Below, piece after piece: positions 38,426-51,911 of a stretch of 64,000 nucleotides of DNA. The notes under the pieces are model-generated. The model made no database searches. It saw only the letters and a program-made list of their open reading frames with translations, and was not told the origin of the DNA. Numbering within the stretch: the first letter of the stretch is position 1; every line of letters starts with the position of its first letter. A program made the translations under genes and the position numbers. The stretch covers positions 105,648,001 through 105,712,000 of the forward strand of contig OZ024744.1 of the NCBI GenBank assembly GCA_964016885.1, written 5' to 3'. The stretch comes from Eledone cirrhosa. Taxonomy: Eukaryota.

Positions 38426-38765
38426 TTGAATTGTCATCTGGTTTACATTTTCCACTGTATTTAATGTCTGCTAGCCGAGGCAACAAGGCATTCTCAATGT
38501 GGTTATTGGATCTGCTAGAAATAGCAGGCAAAAATACTTCCAAATCACCCTAGTGCCTTGAAAAAAAAAAAAAAAATGAAGCACACATTAGGTAGTATAT
38601 TCCTAGATCATAGGACAGGATGCCCCTAACCTTTGAACATACACATATTTAAGCAGAACTGACCGAGGGTTAAACAACCTCAGCAATGTCTGTTACCTCT
38701 TAAACTTTCTGCTTGTATGTGTAGTGACTGTCTGAAATAGTTAGGCATGTGTATGTGTGTTTATA

Positions 38766-38798
<33 letters not shown>

Positions 38799-40598
38799 AA
38801 CACACATACATGATGGCTGCCCCCTTGTTATCGAGTATGGCCATTGCACGATTAACCACTATTAATAATTATCAATTAATGCCATCATGCAATGCCTGTG
38901 TGTGAAGATTTTTTTTTAAATGGGGGAAGACTGTGCACTGAGCCAATCCCACTCTCTGAGTGACAGTAGCTATAACCCGAAAAGAAGAAAAGATCAACAT
39001 CATTGGTAACTACTGAGCCGCAGATTTTATATCGGAGTTATCCCAGTTTCCTGAATTGCCTTCTCCTAGAAGAATGCCCTGACATAGGTTAGGGGTCCTT
39101 CACTCCCAGTGTTTAACCACACGATCGAGTTTCCAGCCTGACTATTTTTATGTGCCCGCGCATATATATACACATGCACATACACATATACATGCATATA
39201 TGGTGGCTGCCAACTCGTTTTCGAGTACGGCCACTACTTTATATCCATGTAGGAGAACCCCCACCGATGCGCTGAACGAGTGTGACTTTTAGTCCAGCCA
39301 GCGACTTGAAAACTCTGGTACAAAACACTACACTTGTGACAATTATTGACACATAGTGCTGGGCCCATGGTACCATGTGACGACAAGTGCAGAGGGATCT
39401 CCAGATATAAAACAATGCCTGTGCCGTGAAGCTTTTATAGTGAGCAAAGGCACTGCACAAAGCCAGCCCCACTCTCTTAACCAAGATGATATTTACCAAA
39501 AAGAAGAGCAAGTCAACATCATTGGATACCATCAGAGTTGCATATTTACACATTTTGGATGGCCATTGACTCTTATGAGTTTTTCCGCCCTTTGTCAGGT
39601 TTTGTTTTTTGTCCTGCAGGGTGTCCAAATATTACCCTCCTCACCAATTAAAATTGGTGGGGTTGCCGGTTTAGTCACCGACCCGACCATGTGACAGGTT
39701 GTACTGGGTTACATGTTACCAGTAGCACTCAAGAGTGACCCGACATAATACATACATTATACACATGCACACGCACACGCGCACACCTATATATATAATA
39801 AGAAGTTGACGGACCCAGCATATTTTAACAATGCCAGGACCAGTTGTATCTCAGCGTACTCAATAGATAATGTAGAATACATTCCAGAGTATACACAGTT
39901 ATTCGCTTCAACACAACACACGTAAACGGGTGTCTATATTAGTTCTCGGACTTGAGTTTCGGCCCCACTTAATGCAGCAGTGGGGTGCACTGCACCCCCT
40001 GTTTGCATATATTATGCAAAAATGCATAATCGGCGCATGTGGGTTCATCAGCGGGTATCGCCTAATCAATAACCAATCGATCGACAGAGTTCAACCCCAG
40101 TCCATGCCAGCTATGACTAGATGTGACAGCCAACACAGTAAAGTGATTAGCAACTGGAATCTGATACAATGCTGTCCCCGCCTGGTCACCGATTTATAAA
40201 TTTACGTGATGACAGATTAGAAATCAAATAGTTCTGCTCCCGTCATAAACTCTCAGCCAACGTGTCTCAAACACAAATTAATAAGATAGTGAAAAGTTGG
40301 TTATTAGAAAAAGCAGTCTCACATCGTTGTATAATAGAATGGTAGCATTCGGCTCTAGTCTCCAAGTCCCATGGCGATAGGATGGTGATGGTAACCGTGG
40401 TAGGGCCTAGAACCTTTAACAGTCATTAAATGCCTCCATCCACTATACATTGATATAGAGTAGCGTGCTGGTAATGGCAGCTACGTGTGTAAACCATTCT
40501 ATCTCACAACTTAGACGATTCAAAATGCAAGCAAGAGAGAAAAAAAATTAGTAGCAGGAATTAGAGCGCATATCAAAACAGACACAATAAAAAAAGTG

Positions 40599-40631
<33 letters not shown>

Positions 40632-40844
40632 ATATAGAGAGAGAGAGAAGAGAAGAGAGAAATCAATAAGTAATGAGAAAATTTCAGGAGCGGCATTAAA
40701 TATCATTTAATTAGAATGCTACTTCATGGTGAAGTAGACTTACATATAATGTATAAAGTGACTTACTGGCAACTTCCTATCTGCTTAGGTTGAAGCACAG
40801 TCATGTATGTGGCAGAACCAGTGTTGTTCTATCTGTCAACATGT

Positions 40845-41800
40845 GGCGAGATGCAGGGAAACATGGAGCAACATTACACCATCAAATTTTGTGTTAAACT
40901 TAAGAAAATCCAAGAAGAAGCTTATGGAATGTCAGATGAGGCCTATGAGGGTGAAATGATGAGCAGAACAAGTTACTACATATGGGTTGAGGATGAATGC
41001 AGATCTGGAGCACCAAACAGAGCATGAAAGGAGGAGAACATTGAGGAAGTGCAAAGGTTGGTAATACAAGACCTTCAAGCTACTGTGAAGATGATACCTG
41101 AAGCTATTTGTATTGGTACAATCGAGACAATTGTGACCAAAGATCTGGAGCTCCACAAAGTGTACTAAAGATCCTCTCCAATTACCAGAGGCAGTTTTGT
41201 ATGGAATGTTGCAATGACTTTCTTGATATGATACCAACTAATTCTGGGTCCTGAATAAAGTAGAGACTTGTGACAAAAGTTGGGTATTCAACTTGAGAGT
41301 AAATGTCAGGGTGCCCAGTGGAAGTACATGTCCTCCCCCAGAAGGCAAGATAAGCAGGTCACAAGAGAAGACCATGACTCCCAGGGGCTAATTCACATTT
41401 AATGGGTTCTTGAGGGATAAACCATCAATAAGGAGCACTACTTGAAATTCTGAAAAGATTCAAGGACAGGATGAAGAAGAAAAGGCCACAACAGTAGAGA
41501 ATAGTGGTTCCACCAGGACAATACGTCACGTCATAAGTCAATGACCACCTGGATGACCAACAGGGGAGTGAAAGTGGTACAACATCCACCCTACAGCCCT
41601 GACCTGGCTTCTTGTGACTTCTTCCTGTTCCCACACATTAAAAGACATAGAGGAATTAGATTCAAGTCAACACAGGAGCTGAAGGAGGCATTTCCTGGTG
41701 GGTCTGTAGAAGGACTGGGAGGAGGTCTTCCAGGAGTGGGGAAGACAACAACACAAGTGTGTAAATGTGAGGGGTCATTATTTTGATAAAGATTATGAAA
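40845..41800 (+). pseudogene. Decayed mariner transposase
   Basis: N-terminal MEQHYTIKFCVKL..EDECRSGAP and C-terminal HPPYSPDLASCDFFLFPHIK (mariner YSPDL motif), with many stops and frameshifts. Confidence 0.88.
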
Positions 41801-42483
41801 ATAAGAAGTTTTCTCATTATTTATTGAACATACCTAAAACACACAGATATAAATTGAAATAAAACATCTTGATTTTGTTGTTCTGTTAAAAGCTCAATGC
41901 AAAAAAGATGTGAAAAAAAGCCTTATACCAGAACACACTTATTCTACAATATTACAGATACTCTCTCTTGCACCAATGGCCAGCCAACATAGGCTGGAGA
42001 TAGAATGTGTAGCAACAAGGGTGGTGCGCCAGCATAGCTTCAGCCGGATGGCTGGAACAGGTAAAAGAGTATACAACATTAATTATATCTTGTAATATAC
42101 ATGACAAGGTACAAAAGTAATCAGAGCATAAAAATATTCCTTATATTACTAACTGTACTTAAATGATACCTATACGGCTGTTTTGAATCGCAGTTAAAAT
42201 AAAATCAGCAAAACCAAAGACTCAGATTATCTTCATTAGGGAATGTCTTTTTTTTTCTATTACAAAATATAATCTATCTATTAGGACATCAGTTGAAGAA
42301 CTGACTCGTATCTGTTGTAAGATAGGCAAATGACACCACACTGGAATGAACTCATTACATGTGCTTTTTTGGTGTCAAGTGGACATACACATTTGATCCT
42401 GTGAGTGTGCAGATGAAACTGCAGAGTAACAAGGCCAAAATAAATGAGTGTGTATATATATATATATGTGTGTGTGTGTGCGC

Positions 42484-42522
<39 letters not shown>

Positions 42523-42829
42523 CCAGTCGTAGAAAACCAGCCAGAAACAGTCCTATACAAGTGAGACACGATCACCCGATCCAACTTGCCTCAAATGAAA
42601 TGAGACACCCGTCTAACCCATGATAGTGTGGAAGATAGACGTTAAATGATGATGATCATCATCATCATCACCATTTAACATCCATTTTCTATGCTATCAT
42701 GGGTTTGACAAGTTGTTCTGTTGTGAGATGAGTCAGATCAGGTGATCATGTCTTGCTCATACATTACTGACTCTGAGGCCTTTTGATTCCAGGTTTTGCT
42801 TCCATGCCTGGAATTTCTTTTCTAGTTCA

Positions 42830-44740
42830 GCCGTAGTTTCAGCTATGAGGGTTATCATTGACATATAAGGGTTCCCTTGTGCAGCCAGTTTTAAACTCCT
42901 CTGTTATGGCCTGAAGAACAGGAGGGGTTGAGGACTAAATTTGTCACTATATTCATTGTTGACACTAGCCTCCACTTCTGTACATAGCTTGAACCACTCT
43001 TAAACCGGCCATATCCAGCCAGAATTCTCTCACCTCTTTCTATTCAAATCAGTTGTACCTGGCCCTTCATACCTACACCATTCTGCCATGGATTCTCTTC
43101 ATTTAGCAGTTTCTCATAATGGTACTTCAATGTTTCTTTTTTCTTGAAGGGGTAAGGGCAAGTCCTACACTCTCAGTTCAGACACATATCTCTCCAACAA
43201 TGTCTTGATTTTATCTCACACTTTTGGTTCTCATGGCACAAAACATGTGTAAACTTCTTGCTTCCTGCTTTCCTCTTAGCTAAGTGTACCTGTTGCATAG
43301 CTTCTCTTCTAGCTTCTTGATATTGTTCCCTACTTTCCCTATTTTGCCAGTCTTTCCAGGCCTGTTTCTTAACTTTAGCTACCTTGTCCACCCTTCTATT
43401 CCACCACCATGTCTCTCATTGTCATCCTGGGGTCTTGCACCAGTCACAGACCTCGTCAGCAACCTTCAGCAAGTTATCCTTCAGTGACCTCCACTGTTCT
43501 TCTATGCTACGAGTCTCTAACTTGTCTTCCTTACTGTCATAAGTGTCTATCAGGGTCAGCCTGAATTTGTTACTGACTGAGGGCTCCTTCAGCTTTCATG
43601 TCCTTTTCCTCCAGCTAACTTTCTGTCTCTGAGCTCACTTAGCTTAACTAATTTATGTTGGGTTGTATACTCTTCCCTAGGTAGAGCCTTTGTCTTTACA
43701 ACCATCAGTCTCGGTTTCTGGTGAGGATAAAATCAATCTGACTTTTGTGTTCACCTGACTTATAGTGATCATGTGGTTAGCTGGGTTCTTTTTTAAGTGT
43801 GTGTTGCAGATAGTCAGATCATTAGCACCACAAATTCCCAGGAGTCTTTATCCCTCCCTATTTCTTTTACTGAAGCCAAAGCCTCTGTAGACGCCAGGAG
43901 AGTTCTCACAGCATTGCCCAACATGACCATTGAAATTGCAAGTGTTGATTATAATATCACCATCGCTTGTTAAAGAGGAAGTTTGTTTAAGGTTCTCCAT
44001 AAAAGTTGTCTTTCAGTTCATTTGTCAGTCCTGATTGTGGTGCATATGCAGAAATAATTGTCGCAATGTCTCAAAGGCAATGACACACGACCGTGACCTC
44101 TGGTGTCACGCAGTAATACAGAGTACCCGACCTCCCATGGGTACAAGCTGAAGCATATAGACAATATGCCCCCACACCCCCACCGCAAGGTGGTCGTGGA
44201 GGTGCCACGGCAAAAAAGCACCCAGCCCACATTGTAAAGTGGACGTGTAGGCGCCACGAAAACGCACCCAGCACTCACTGTAAATGAGGTTGGTGTTAGG
44301 AAGGGCATCCAGCTGTAGAAATCAAGCCAAATCAGTTCCTGTATGAGCAAGGCATGGTCAGCCGACCAGACACTGCCCACAACAGGACAACCTGTCTAAC
44401 CCATCCTAGCGTGGAAGAACGGACGTAAAGCGGTGATGATGAATCGTCTAACCTAAGACCAGTCTAAGATTAATGACTCTATCACTCACCTTAGCCATAT
44501 CAATTACCTTGTTTACCCATTATACCTCTAACAGTATACCTACACCTCTTAGTCCATCATTACCTATCCAGAAGAACTCTTACCCATATAATGAACTTGG
44601 TTCATGTTCCTCTCCACCTGGTCTCTTGTATGCAACACACATCCATTTGCTTTCACTCAGATAACTCTTACAGTCTCACACGATCTCCCTTTCATCTTTT
44701 CAACATTGATAGTGGTGGCCTTGAGGTTTTGAAGTTTACA
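42830..44740 (-). mobile_element. Decayed RTE LINE of about 2 kb (endonuclease and linker), with nested insertions
   Basis: IISAYAPQSG, NFNGHVG, QIDFIL and KKQAWKDWQ on the minus strand. Confidence 0.8.
44072..44442 (+). mobile_element. SINE fragment with RTE-type tail, nested in the RTE relic
   Basis: GGAGGTGCCACGGCAAAAAAGCACCCAG..GGAAGGGCATCCAGCTGTAGAAA is shared with 57820-57905. Tail AACCCATCCTAGCGTGGAAGAACGGACGTAAA. Confidence 0.75.
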
Positions 44741-45494
44741 AGGAGTGGGAAGGGCCTGGAAGGTGGGTTGATTGGCATTGGATTTGGTTGTCCTGTGTCT
44801 GGGATGTAGAGCGTTTGCATCGTCTTCCAGTCATATTTGTGAACATGATGATCTGCCATAACTATTTCACTTATATCTTGGTGAGAACCTGCTAGTTTGA
44901 TTGGTCAGAGACTACTGTTTGTGGATAGGGGCAGAATGGAAGAGGGGTAGGCGAGGACGGGGGGGGGGGGGGATAGGACTTTAGAAGAGAAACAGGGAAA
45001 AAAGCACATGTCCAAAGAAACAGAACCTTTAGGGTCATAGGGGAGATTGTAAAAGAAAGTAAGCTTTAGAAGAAGAAGGTTGAGATAGAAAAGCGAAAAT
45101 ATATATGGCAGTATTTGAAAGAAAAGGGTTTACACCAGTCACATAGTGTTCTGTGGGAGAGATGATATCTCTATAGGTAGATAAGAGCGCAGAGAGGGAG
45201 GGAGAGAAACAAACAAATATAGTCCCTTCTAGAACAGTCTGGGAGAGAGGGTGAGGGATAGGACTTTAGAAAAGAAACAAGAAAAAAAAGCACATGCTGA
45301 TTATATGTATATAAATGTGAATGAGTGTGTGTGTGTGTGTATATGTACATACATACATATATATGTGTATTTATATGTGTATATATGTGTGTGTGTGTGT
45401 GTCTGTATATATGTCATCATCATCATCTTCGTTTAACGTCCATTTTCCACGCTAGCATGGGTTATACATATATATATATATGTGTATTTATATG

Positions 45495-45529
<35 letters not shown>

Positions 45530-45611
45530 ATATATTTATGTATATTTGTATGCATATATATATATATAATATATGTATATGTGTGTGTGTATGTGTATAT
45601 ATATATATATA

Positions 45612-45872
45612 TGAGAGAAGCCGGCATTTGCATAGACATGTGATGTGCATGGAGGATGATCCTGGAGAAGTGCCAGGAATTCCCAGCGGAAGGAAGCCGC
45701 TGCAGGGATAGACTTGGAAAGACCTGGGCATAGGCAGTGAAAGCTGATCTCAAAATTGCTGGGATTCACAGAGGAAATGATGAAAGAATGCGATGAGTGA
45801 TGAGATGCTGTGCTGAAAAGGACCCGTCCAACCCGTGCAAGCATGGAAAAGAGGACTTAAGAATGCTGATGA
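45612..45872 (+). mobile_element. RTE LINE 3' end with tail
   Basis: Decayed [18 protein letters not shown], then ACCCGTGCAAGCATGGAAAAGAGGAC. Confidence 0.7.
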
Positions 45873-45885
45873 TATATACATCATC

Positions 45886-46106
45886 ATGTGACAATATTTT
45901 GTAAATAAACATTGAATGATTAAGTTGAAATGTTTAGAAAATGTAGAAAAGGTTGAACACAGGAAAATAGCTGTGAAAGCGGCTTTAGAAAATCAGGTAA
46001 AATACGCCTATAGATAGAAAATCTGGTAAAATACTCCTATAGATAGAAAATCAGGTAAAATACCCCTATAGACAAGAAAAGTGGCCAGCAGCTGCTACAG
46101 AGAATT
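45886..46106 (-). mobile_element. Second copy of the 29-bp-VNTR-carrying dispersed repeat (about 3 units)
   Basis: Reverse complement of 11849-12389 with a short array. Confidence 0.85.
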
Positions 46107-46289
46107 TACCTCTGTACCTTTCAAATTTGTACCTCTCTGTTGGTGATTGCCAACAAAAAAAAAGTGTTGACCAAGTAAAGAAATGCCTTCAGCAATAAGG
46201 GGATTAACAGTGAGTTCAATAAATTTAATGTGTAGGTAGGCATTCTTCAGAGACCAAGTCTCAGATCCTTTCTGTTTATTATAGCGTTT

Positions 46290-46930
46290 AAACCATAGCA
46301 GAAGTGCTTATTTTAGAGGACTTAGTCTCATAGCTGGAGTTGTTGAAGAATTATAGAAGAAATTTTGAATGTGTAGGCAAAGCCAAGAATTGAGAGCTCT
46401 TAAAGTAAATATAGCAAGCACAAAAGTTTTAGTTAGTAGGAAAGAAGACAAGGCTCTACTGCTATCTGGAAGTGGCCATGCAGAAAAGGGGATAGATAAG
46501 ACCTCTGCATGATACACCCAATATAGACTGAGTACAGAAGAGTTGTTGTGGGATCATAGGGAGGCTTAGAGAGAAGAAACATTTGATATGTTACAGATGC
46601 ACAGAAGTTGTTAACAGTAAGAACATTCATGAAATGAATTCTTTTAAATACCTATAAAGCTCCCTACAAATAGTTGGTAGGCTTCAGTTACCAAGACGAC
46701 CTAATTAGCTGTGGTGCTGGGTGTTCTGATCACAACACACTCAAGATAAAGGGATGTGGTGGAAAATGTTCGGGTAGCTATTATCTCAGTTGGTAACAGA
46801 GGGATCTTCTTTGTGAGTGATGGCTCATTTGATTGCCAGTTGCACAGAAAATATGATATTGCATGATAGTAATACATGGTCAGTGAATACAGATGAGGCT
46901 CAAAGGTAAGAAAGAAATGATGCGAGCATC
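46290..46930 (+). mobile_element. Decayed RTE LINE reverse-transcriptase C-terminal region
   Basis: DL.LIA..EEL..KF..LKVNIASTKVLVS..SGKWPC-like segment, then F.Y..DLISCG. Confidence 0.6.
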
Positions 46931-47488
46931 TACTGAAGGATGTGTAATGTTAGTGTTCATGAACAATAGAACTCAAAGAAGCTGAGAGAAAAAAAAATTA
47001 GGTCTAAAAGTATAAGGGTAAAGACTGCACTGGTACAGACATGTAGCATGTATGGGTAAATAAGTGGATAAATAATTATGGATAAATAAGTGTCAAATGA
47101 TGCAGGATTCTGTGGAAGATATTGGCAGAAATGATAAACGCTGACCTCAAGTATCTGGACATCACAAACATGAGAAGAAACTGCAACAAGCAATGAGATG
47201 CAAAGACCTTTGCAATAAATATGCAAACATCTAAAAATGATGATGATGATACATAACAGATAGTATAAAAATGAATTACAGAAAGAGTAGAAAGGTTTTA
47301 ATGCAGTATAGTATTTTATCATGATCTATAAATAAAATAAAATACCAGTCAAATATTGGGGTCTAATTAGTCATGGCTACACTTTTCTAGAATCTATGAC
47401 AGTAGCTATGTTAAAACTTTACATTTAGAAAACAATTTTTTTTTTTTTTAGCATCCCACTCCCTGCTCCATTTAAACTAGATATTTCT

Positions 47489-47948
47489 AACATTAACCAG
47501 TGTTCATCTATCTGGTTCAACATTAACCAGATGTACATCTATTTTGTTCAACAAGATATTTCTAACATTAACCAGATGTACATCGATCTGGTTCAAAATC
47601 AACCAGATGTACATCTGTCTGGTTCAACATTAACCATATGTACATCTGTCTAGTTTAACAGTAACCAGGTGTACATCTGTCTGGTTTAACAGTAACCAGA
47701 TGTACATCTATCTGGTTTAACATTTACCAGATTTACATCTATTTTGTTCAACATTAACCGGATGTACATCTATTTTGTTCAACAAGATATTTCTAACATT
47801 AACCAGATGTACATCTATCTGGTTCAACATCAACCAGATGTACATCTGTCTGGTTTAACAGTAACCAGATGTACATCTATTTTGTTCAACATTAACCAGA
47901 TGTACATCTATCTGGTTGAACATTAACCAGATGTACATGTCTGGTTCA
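47489..47948. repeat. 31-bp palindromic minisatellite (AACATTAACCAGATGTACATCTATCTGGTTC)
   Basis: About 14 units, most containing AGATGTACATCT. Confidence 0.92.
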
Positions 47949-48489
47949 CAAATGTTAACTCTACAGCTACTCAGTTTCCTCCTCTACTTCTATTTCTTTA
48001 GGTCAACCTTCATTTCATGAATAAGTAAAACATAATCTTTTTAAAAAGTTTTATATACTGTGATATCTATCAAACAACTGTGTGTTAGTAGACTGCCCCG
48101 TGGACAAAATGGCAAATACCTTATTGTGGGGAATGGGCATAGATAGCTGCAGCAACAGCTACCCTATGTCATGGGAGCCCCTCCTTAAGTGGGCTGCTGT
48201 CTTTCTGATTTTGCAGAGGAAATCAGCAGGGCAGAGATCAAGGACATCAGCGGTCTCAATGGAGACTCGTACAAAGAGTTTGTGGTTGGTTAGGCTTCGG
48301 TGTTTAACTCATCTTGTGTATGAAGGGATCAGCCTAAAACGTTACATATCACAATTTTAACTTTTACTCTAACACTTGCTAGAACACCACAGTTGCCTTC
48401 ATATTCTAGACATAACCTTTGTTTATCTCTTTTTCTGTCTGCTTGCCTCCCTGTTTAACTATCTCTACATCTGTCTGTATAGCTATCGG

Positions 48490-48790
48490 TTAGCCTGTAT
48501 ATCTAGCTATCTGTTTGCCTGTGTAACTCTCTATCTGTTCATCTGTTTGCCTGTGTAACTCTCTATCTGTTCATCTGTTTGCCTATATAACTCACTATCT
48601 GTTCATCTCTTTTTATGTGTAACTCTCTATCTGTTTATCTGGTTGCCTATATAACTCACTATCTGTTCATCTGTGTAACTCTCTATCTGTTTGCCTGTGT
48701 GTAACTCTCTATCTGTTCATCTGTTTGCCTGTGTAACTCACTATCTGTTCATCTGTTTGCCTGTATATCTAGCTATCTGTTCATCTGTGA
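48490..48790. repeat. Minisatellite of about 32 bp (TGTGTAACTCTCTATCTGTTCATCTGTTTGCC)
   Basis: Directly visible. Confidence 0.88.
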
Positions 48791-49877
48791 CTGTGTTACT
48801 TTGGAGCTGTATCCCCATCTGGCTGTGTTCTATAGATATCAAAATATTTCACAATGGATTAACACACATCACTGTTGCTTGCCACAAATATTGATTCTTG
48901 CTAACAAAATACTACATCACTTCTTTCATCATGTCCTAGTGGTTATCTTAGTTTGTTGGTGTCTCAAATATAATAACTTTCAACTAAGTGGACACACTAT
49001 GGTCAAATGGCGAAGAAGTTTACTTGACAACCACGCGGTCCCAGCTTTGACCTCACAGTGTTACATATTGGACAGGTGTCTTTACCATAACCTGAGGTCA
49101 ACCCATGACTTGTGAGTGAAATTGTGTAGGCAGAGACTGTGTAGAAGCTCATCATATGGACTGTACCTGTAATTCACAGGGCCAGCCATTTACAGTAGAA
49201 TGCTCAGCCACTTACATTATTATACAGGATTGGCTGTACCTGTAATGTTACACTGAATCTCCGTAAGAAGTAGGTTAAGTGTACACATGTCTGTGGAATA
49301 CTCAGCCATTCTCACATTAATACAATGATTAAACAACTAGGAAACTCATTGCTGAAACTAATGGTTGTAATTCTTCTTCTGGATTATATTTTCACTGAAT
49401 TCTCTTTCATCAACACAGACTACCAAATCCTCTGTATGGTTGTTTCATCTGCTAAAAATAGCAGCCAAAATCTCACGAACAATATCTGGCCATTTCGTAA
49501 AACTGGACACCTTTGATAATATATTCTAGGGTACACTATTCCTGAAGACGGTTATGGTTGGAATACCTTTGATCATAGACCAGGGCTTACATAGGGCTAA
49601 AAAAAGCAATATCAACATCAGAGAGAGAGAGGAGCATCAGTAGAGGGAAGGAAAGAGGAGGAGAGTGACATTGATTGATTGATTTTGAAGAAGAATCAAT
49701 CCCATTACTGGACTGTTACTTTATATATTAACTCTGAGATGATGTAAGTTGACCTCAACGGGATTTGAGCTGACAGTATAGTGAGCCAGAAAAGATTCTG
49801 GGGAATTTAATCTCATGTCCTGATAATTCTACCAATTTGTCACCTGGTGATGTAAGTTTACTAAAAGGCTAGATACA

Positions 49878-50235
49878 TGTTATCACAGTATAAAACTTTG
49901 TTATCAAGGTATAATACTATGTTATCAAGGTGGTATCATGGTATAAAACGTTGTTATCAAGGTGGTATCATGGTATAAAACGTTGTTATCAAGGTGGTAT
50001 CATGGTATAAAACGTTGTTATCAAGGTGGTATCAAGGTATAATACTATGTTATCAAGGTGTAATACTATGTTATCAAGATGGTATCAAGGTATAATACTA
50101 TGTTATCAAGGTGTTATCACAGTATAAAACTTTATCAAGGTGTATTACTATATTATCATGGTATAATACTTATGTTATCACGGTATAATACTATGTTATC
50201 AAGGTGTTATCAAAATGTTATTAAAGTATTATCAA
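49878..50235. repeat. Degenerate minisatellite built on GTTATCAAGGT subunits
   Basis: Directly visible. Confidence 0.85.
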
Positions 50236-50276
50236 AGTGTAAAACGACCATGGAAAAACAGACAGAAAATAACAGT

Positions 50277-51412
50277 GTTGTTGTGGTAGTGTTGGTTTTG
50301 TTGTTGTTGTTGTGGTGGTGTTGTTGATATTGTTATGACGGTCTTGATGTGGCTGTTGTTGTGGTAGTGTTGGTTTTGTTGTTGTTGTTGTGGTGGTGGT
50401 GGTGGTGGTGTTGATATTGTTATGACTGTCTTGTCGTGGCTGTTGTTGTGGTAGTGTTGGTTTTGTTGTTGTTGTGGTGGTGGTGTTGATATTGTTATGA
50501 CTGTCTTGTCGTGGCTGTTGTTGTGGTAGTGTTGGTTTTGTTGTTGTTGTGGTGGTGGTGTTGATATTGTTATGACTGTCTTGTCGTGGCTGTTGTTGTG
50601 GTAGTGTTGGTTTTGTTGTTGTTGTGGTGGTGGTGTTGATATTGTTATGACTGTCTTGTCGTGGCTGTTGTTGTGGTAGTGTTGGTTTTGTTGTTGTTGT
50701 GGTGGTGGTGTTGATATTGTTATGACTGTCTTGTCGTGGCTGTTGTTGTGGTAGTGTTGGTTTTGTTGTTGTTGTTGTGGTGGTGGTGGTGGTGTTGATA
50801 TTGTTATGACTGTCTTGTCGTGGCTGTTGTTGTGATGGTGGTGGTGGTGTTGGTAATGCTGTTGTGATGGTCTTATTTTTGTTATGGTAGTTGTGATGGT
50901 GGTGGTGATGCTGTTGTTGTTAGCAATGATGGTGGTGCTGTTGTTGTTGGTGGTGGTATTATTGCTTTGATAGTGGTGATGATGATACTGTTGTTGTGTT
51001 GGAGTTGTTGATGGTTGTTGTTGTTGTTGTTGTTGATGGTTGTGTTGTTGTTGTGCTGTTGTTGTTGATGGTTGTGTTGGTGATGATGATGATGATACTG
51101 TTGTGGTGCTGTTGTTGTTGGTGGTGATGATGATGATGATACTGTTGTGGTGTTGGTGTTGTTGGTGGTGCTGATGATGATACTGTTGTGGTGCTGTTGT
51201 TGTTGGTGGTTGTGTTGGTGGTTGTGTTGGTGGTGGTGATGATGATGATGATGATGTGGTGGTGATGATGATACTGTTGTGGTGTTGGTGATGATGATGC
51301 TGTTGTGGTGGTGATGATGATACTGTTGTGGTGTTGGTGGTTGTGTTGGTGATGATGATGATACTGTTGTGGTGTTGGTGGTGAAGATGATGCTGTTGTG
51401 GTGGTGTTGGTG
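50277..51412. repeat. (GTT/GGT/GAT) low-complexity tract containing a 75-bp tandem unit (about 7 copies, 50277-50835)
   Basis: Unit repeats every 75 bp. Length variants are whole triplets. Confidence 0.92.
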
Positions 51413-51671
51413 GCGGTCTTGATTCAGAAAGTTGAAGTCTGGTTTTATCCCCTTGACACCCTCCAGCTATTCTGGGAGCCTTCAGCATCTGATAACAACC
51501 ATCTGCTGGTCTTTCTAAGTAAAACCAATTTAGGTTTTTAGTGATAATCAACAAAAAACAAAACAAAAAAAAAAACACAAATGGTTTCTTAATGTTCATA
51601 TTTATTTAGGTGAGGTGGCGAGGGAGACTAGTATTTTCTTTGTTCTCTCTCTCTCTCTTTCTCTCTCTCTC

Positions 51672-51716
<45 letters not shown>

Positions 51717-51911
51717 CACAAACACATAAACCAAAGAGGGGATTTCTACATGGACACTCCTCCTGCTAGAAATAGTAGCCAAATGTGTCTCAAAGCCCCC
51801 CCCCCCCTCTCCACTGTCTTATAAAAGAGCACATTGAATTATGTTGTCTAAAGTACAATATATTGCAGAAAAAAAAGATGATGTGGCCATGGGTTAGTTT
51901 AACATTTGATC

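Noticed and set aside
36687-38553. Long Cys/Val- or Thr/His-rich ORFs
   Set aside because: They are microsatellite and minisatellite translations, some running through the N gap.
38810-40590. GC-richer segments with two related starts (38815 and 39203) and short ORFs
   Set aside because: They look like decayed retroelement UTR or other repeat sequence, but I could not assign a family, termini or a credible protein.
50232-51599. 455-aa Q/H/T-rich ORF on the minus strand
   Set aside because: It is the translation of (CAA/CAC/CAT) microsatellite plus a 75-bp tandem unit. No domain is present, and it would lie antisense within the probable SIPA1L intron.
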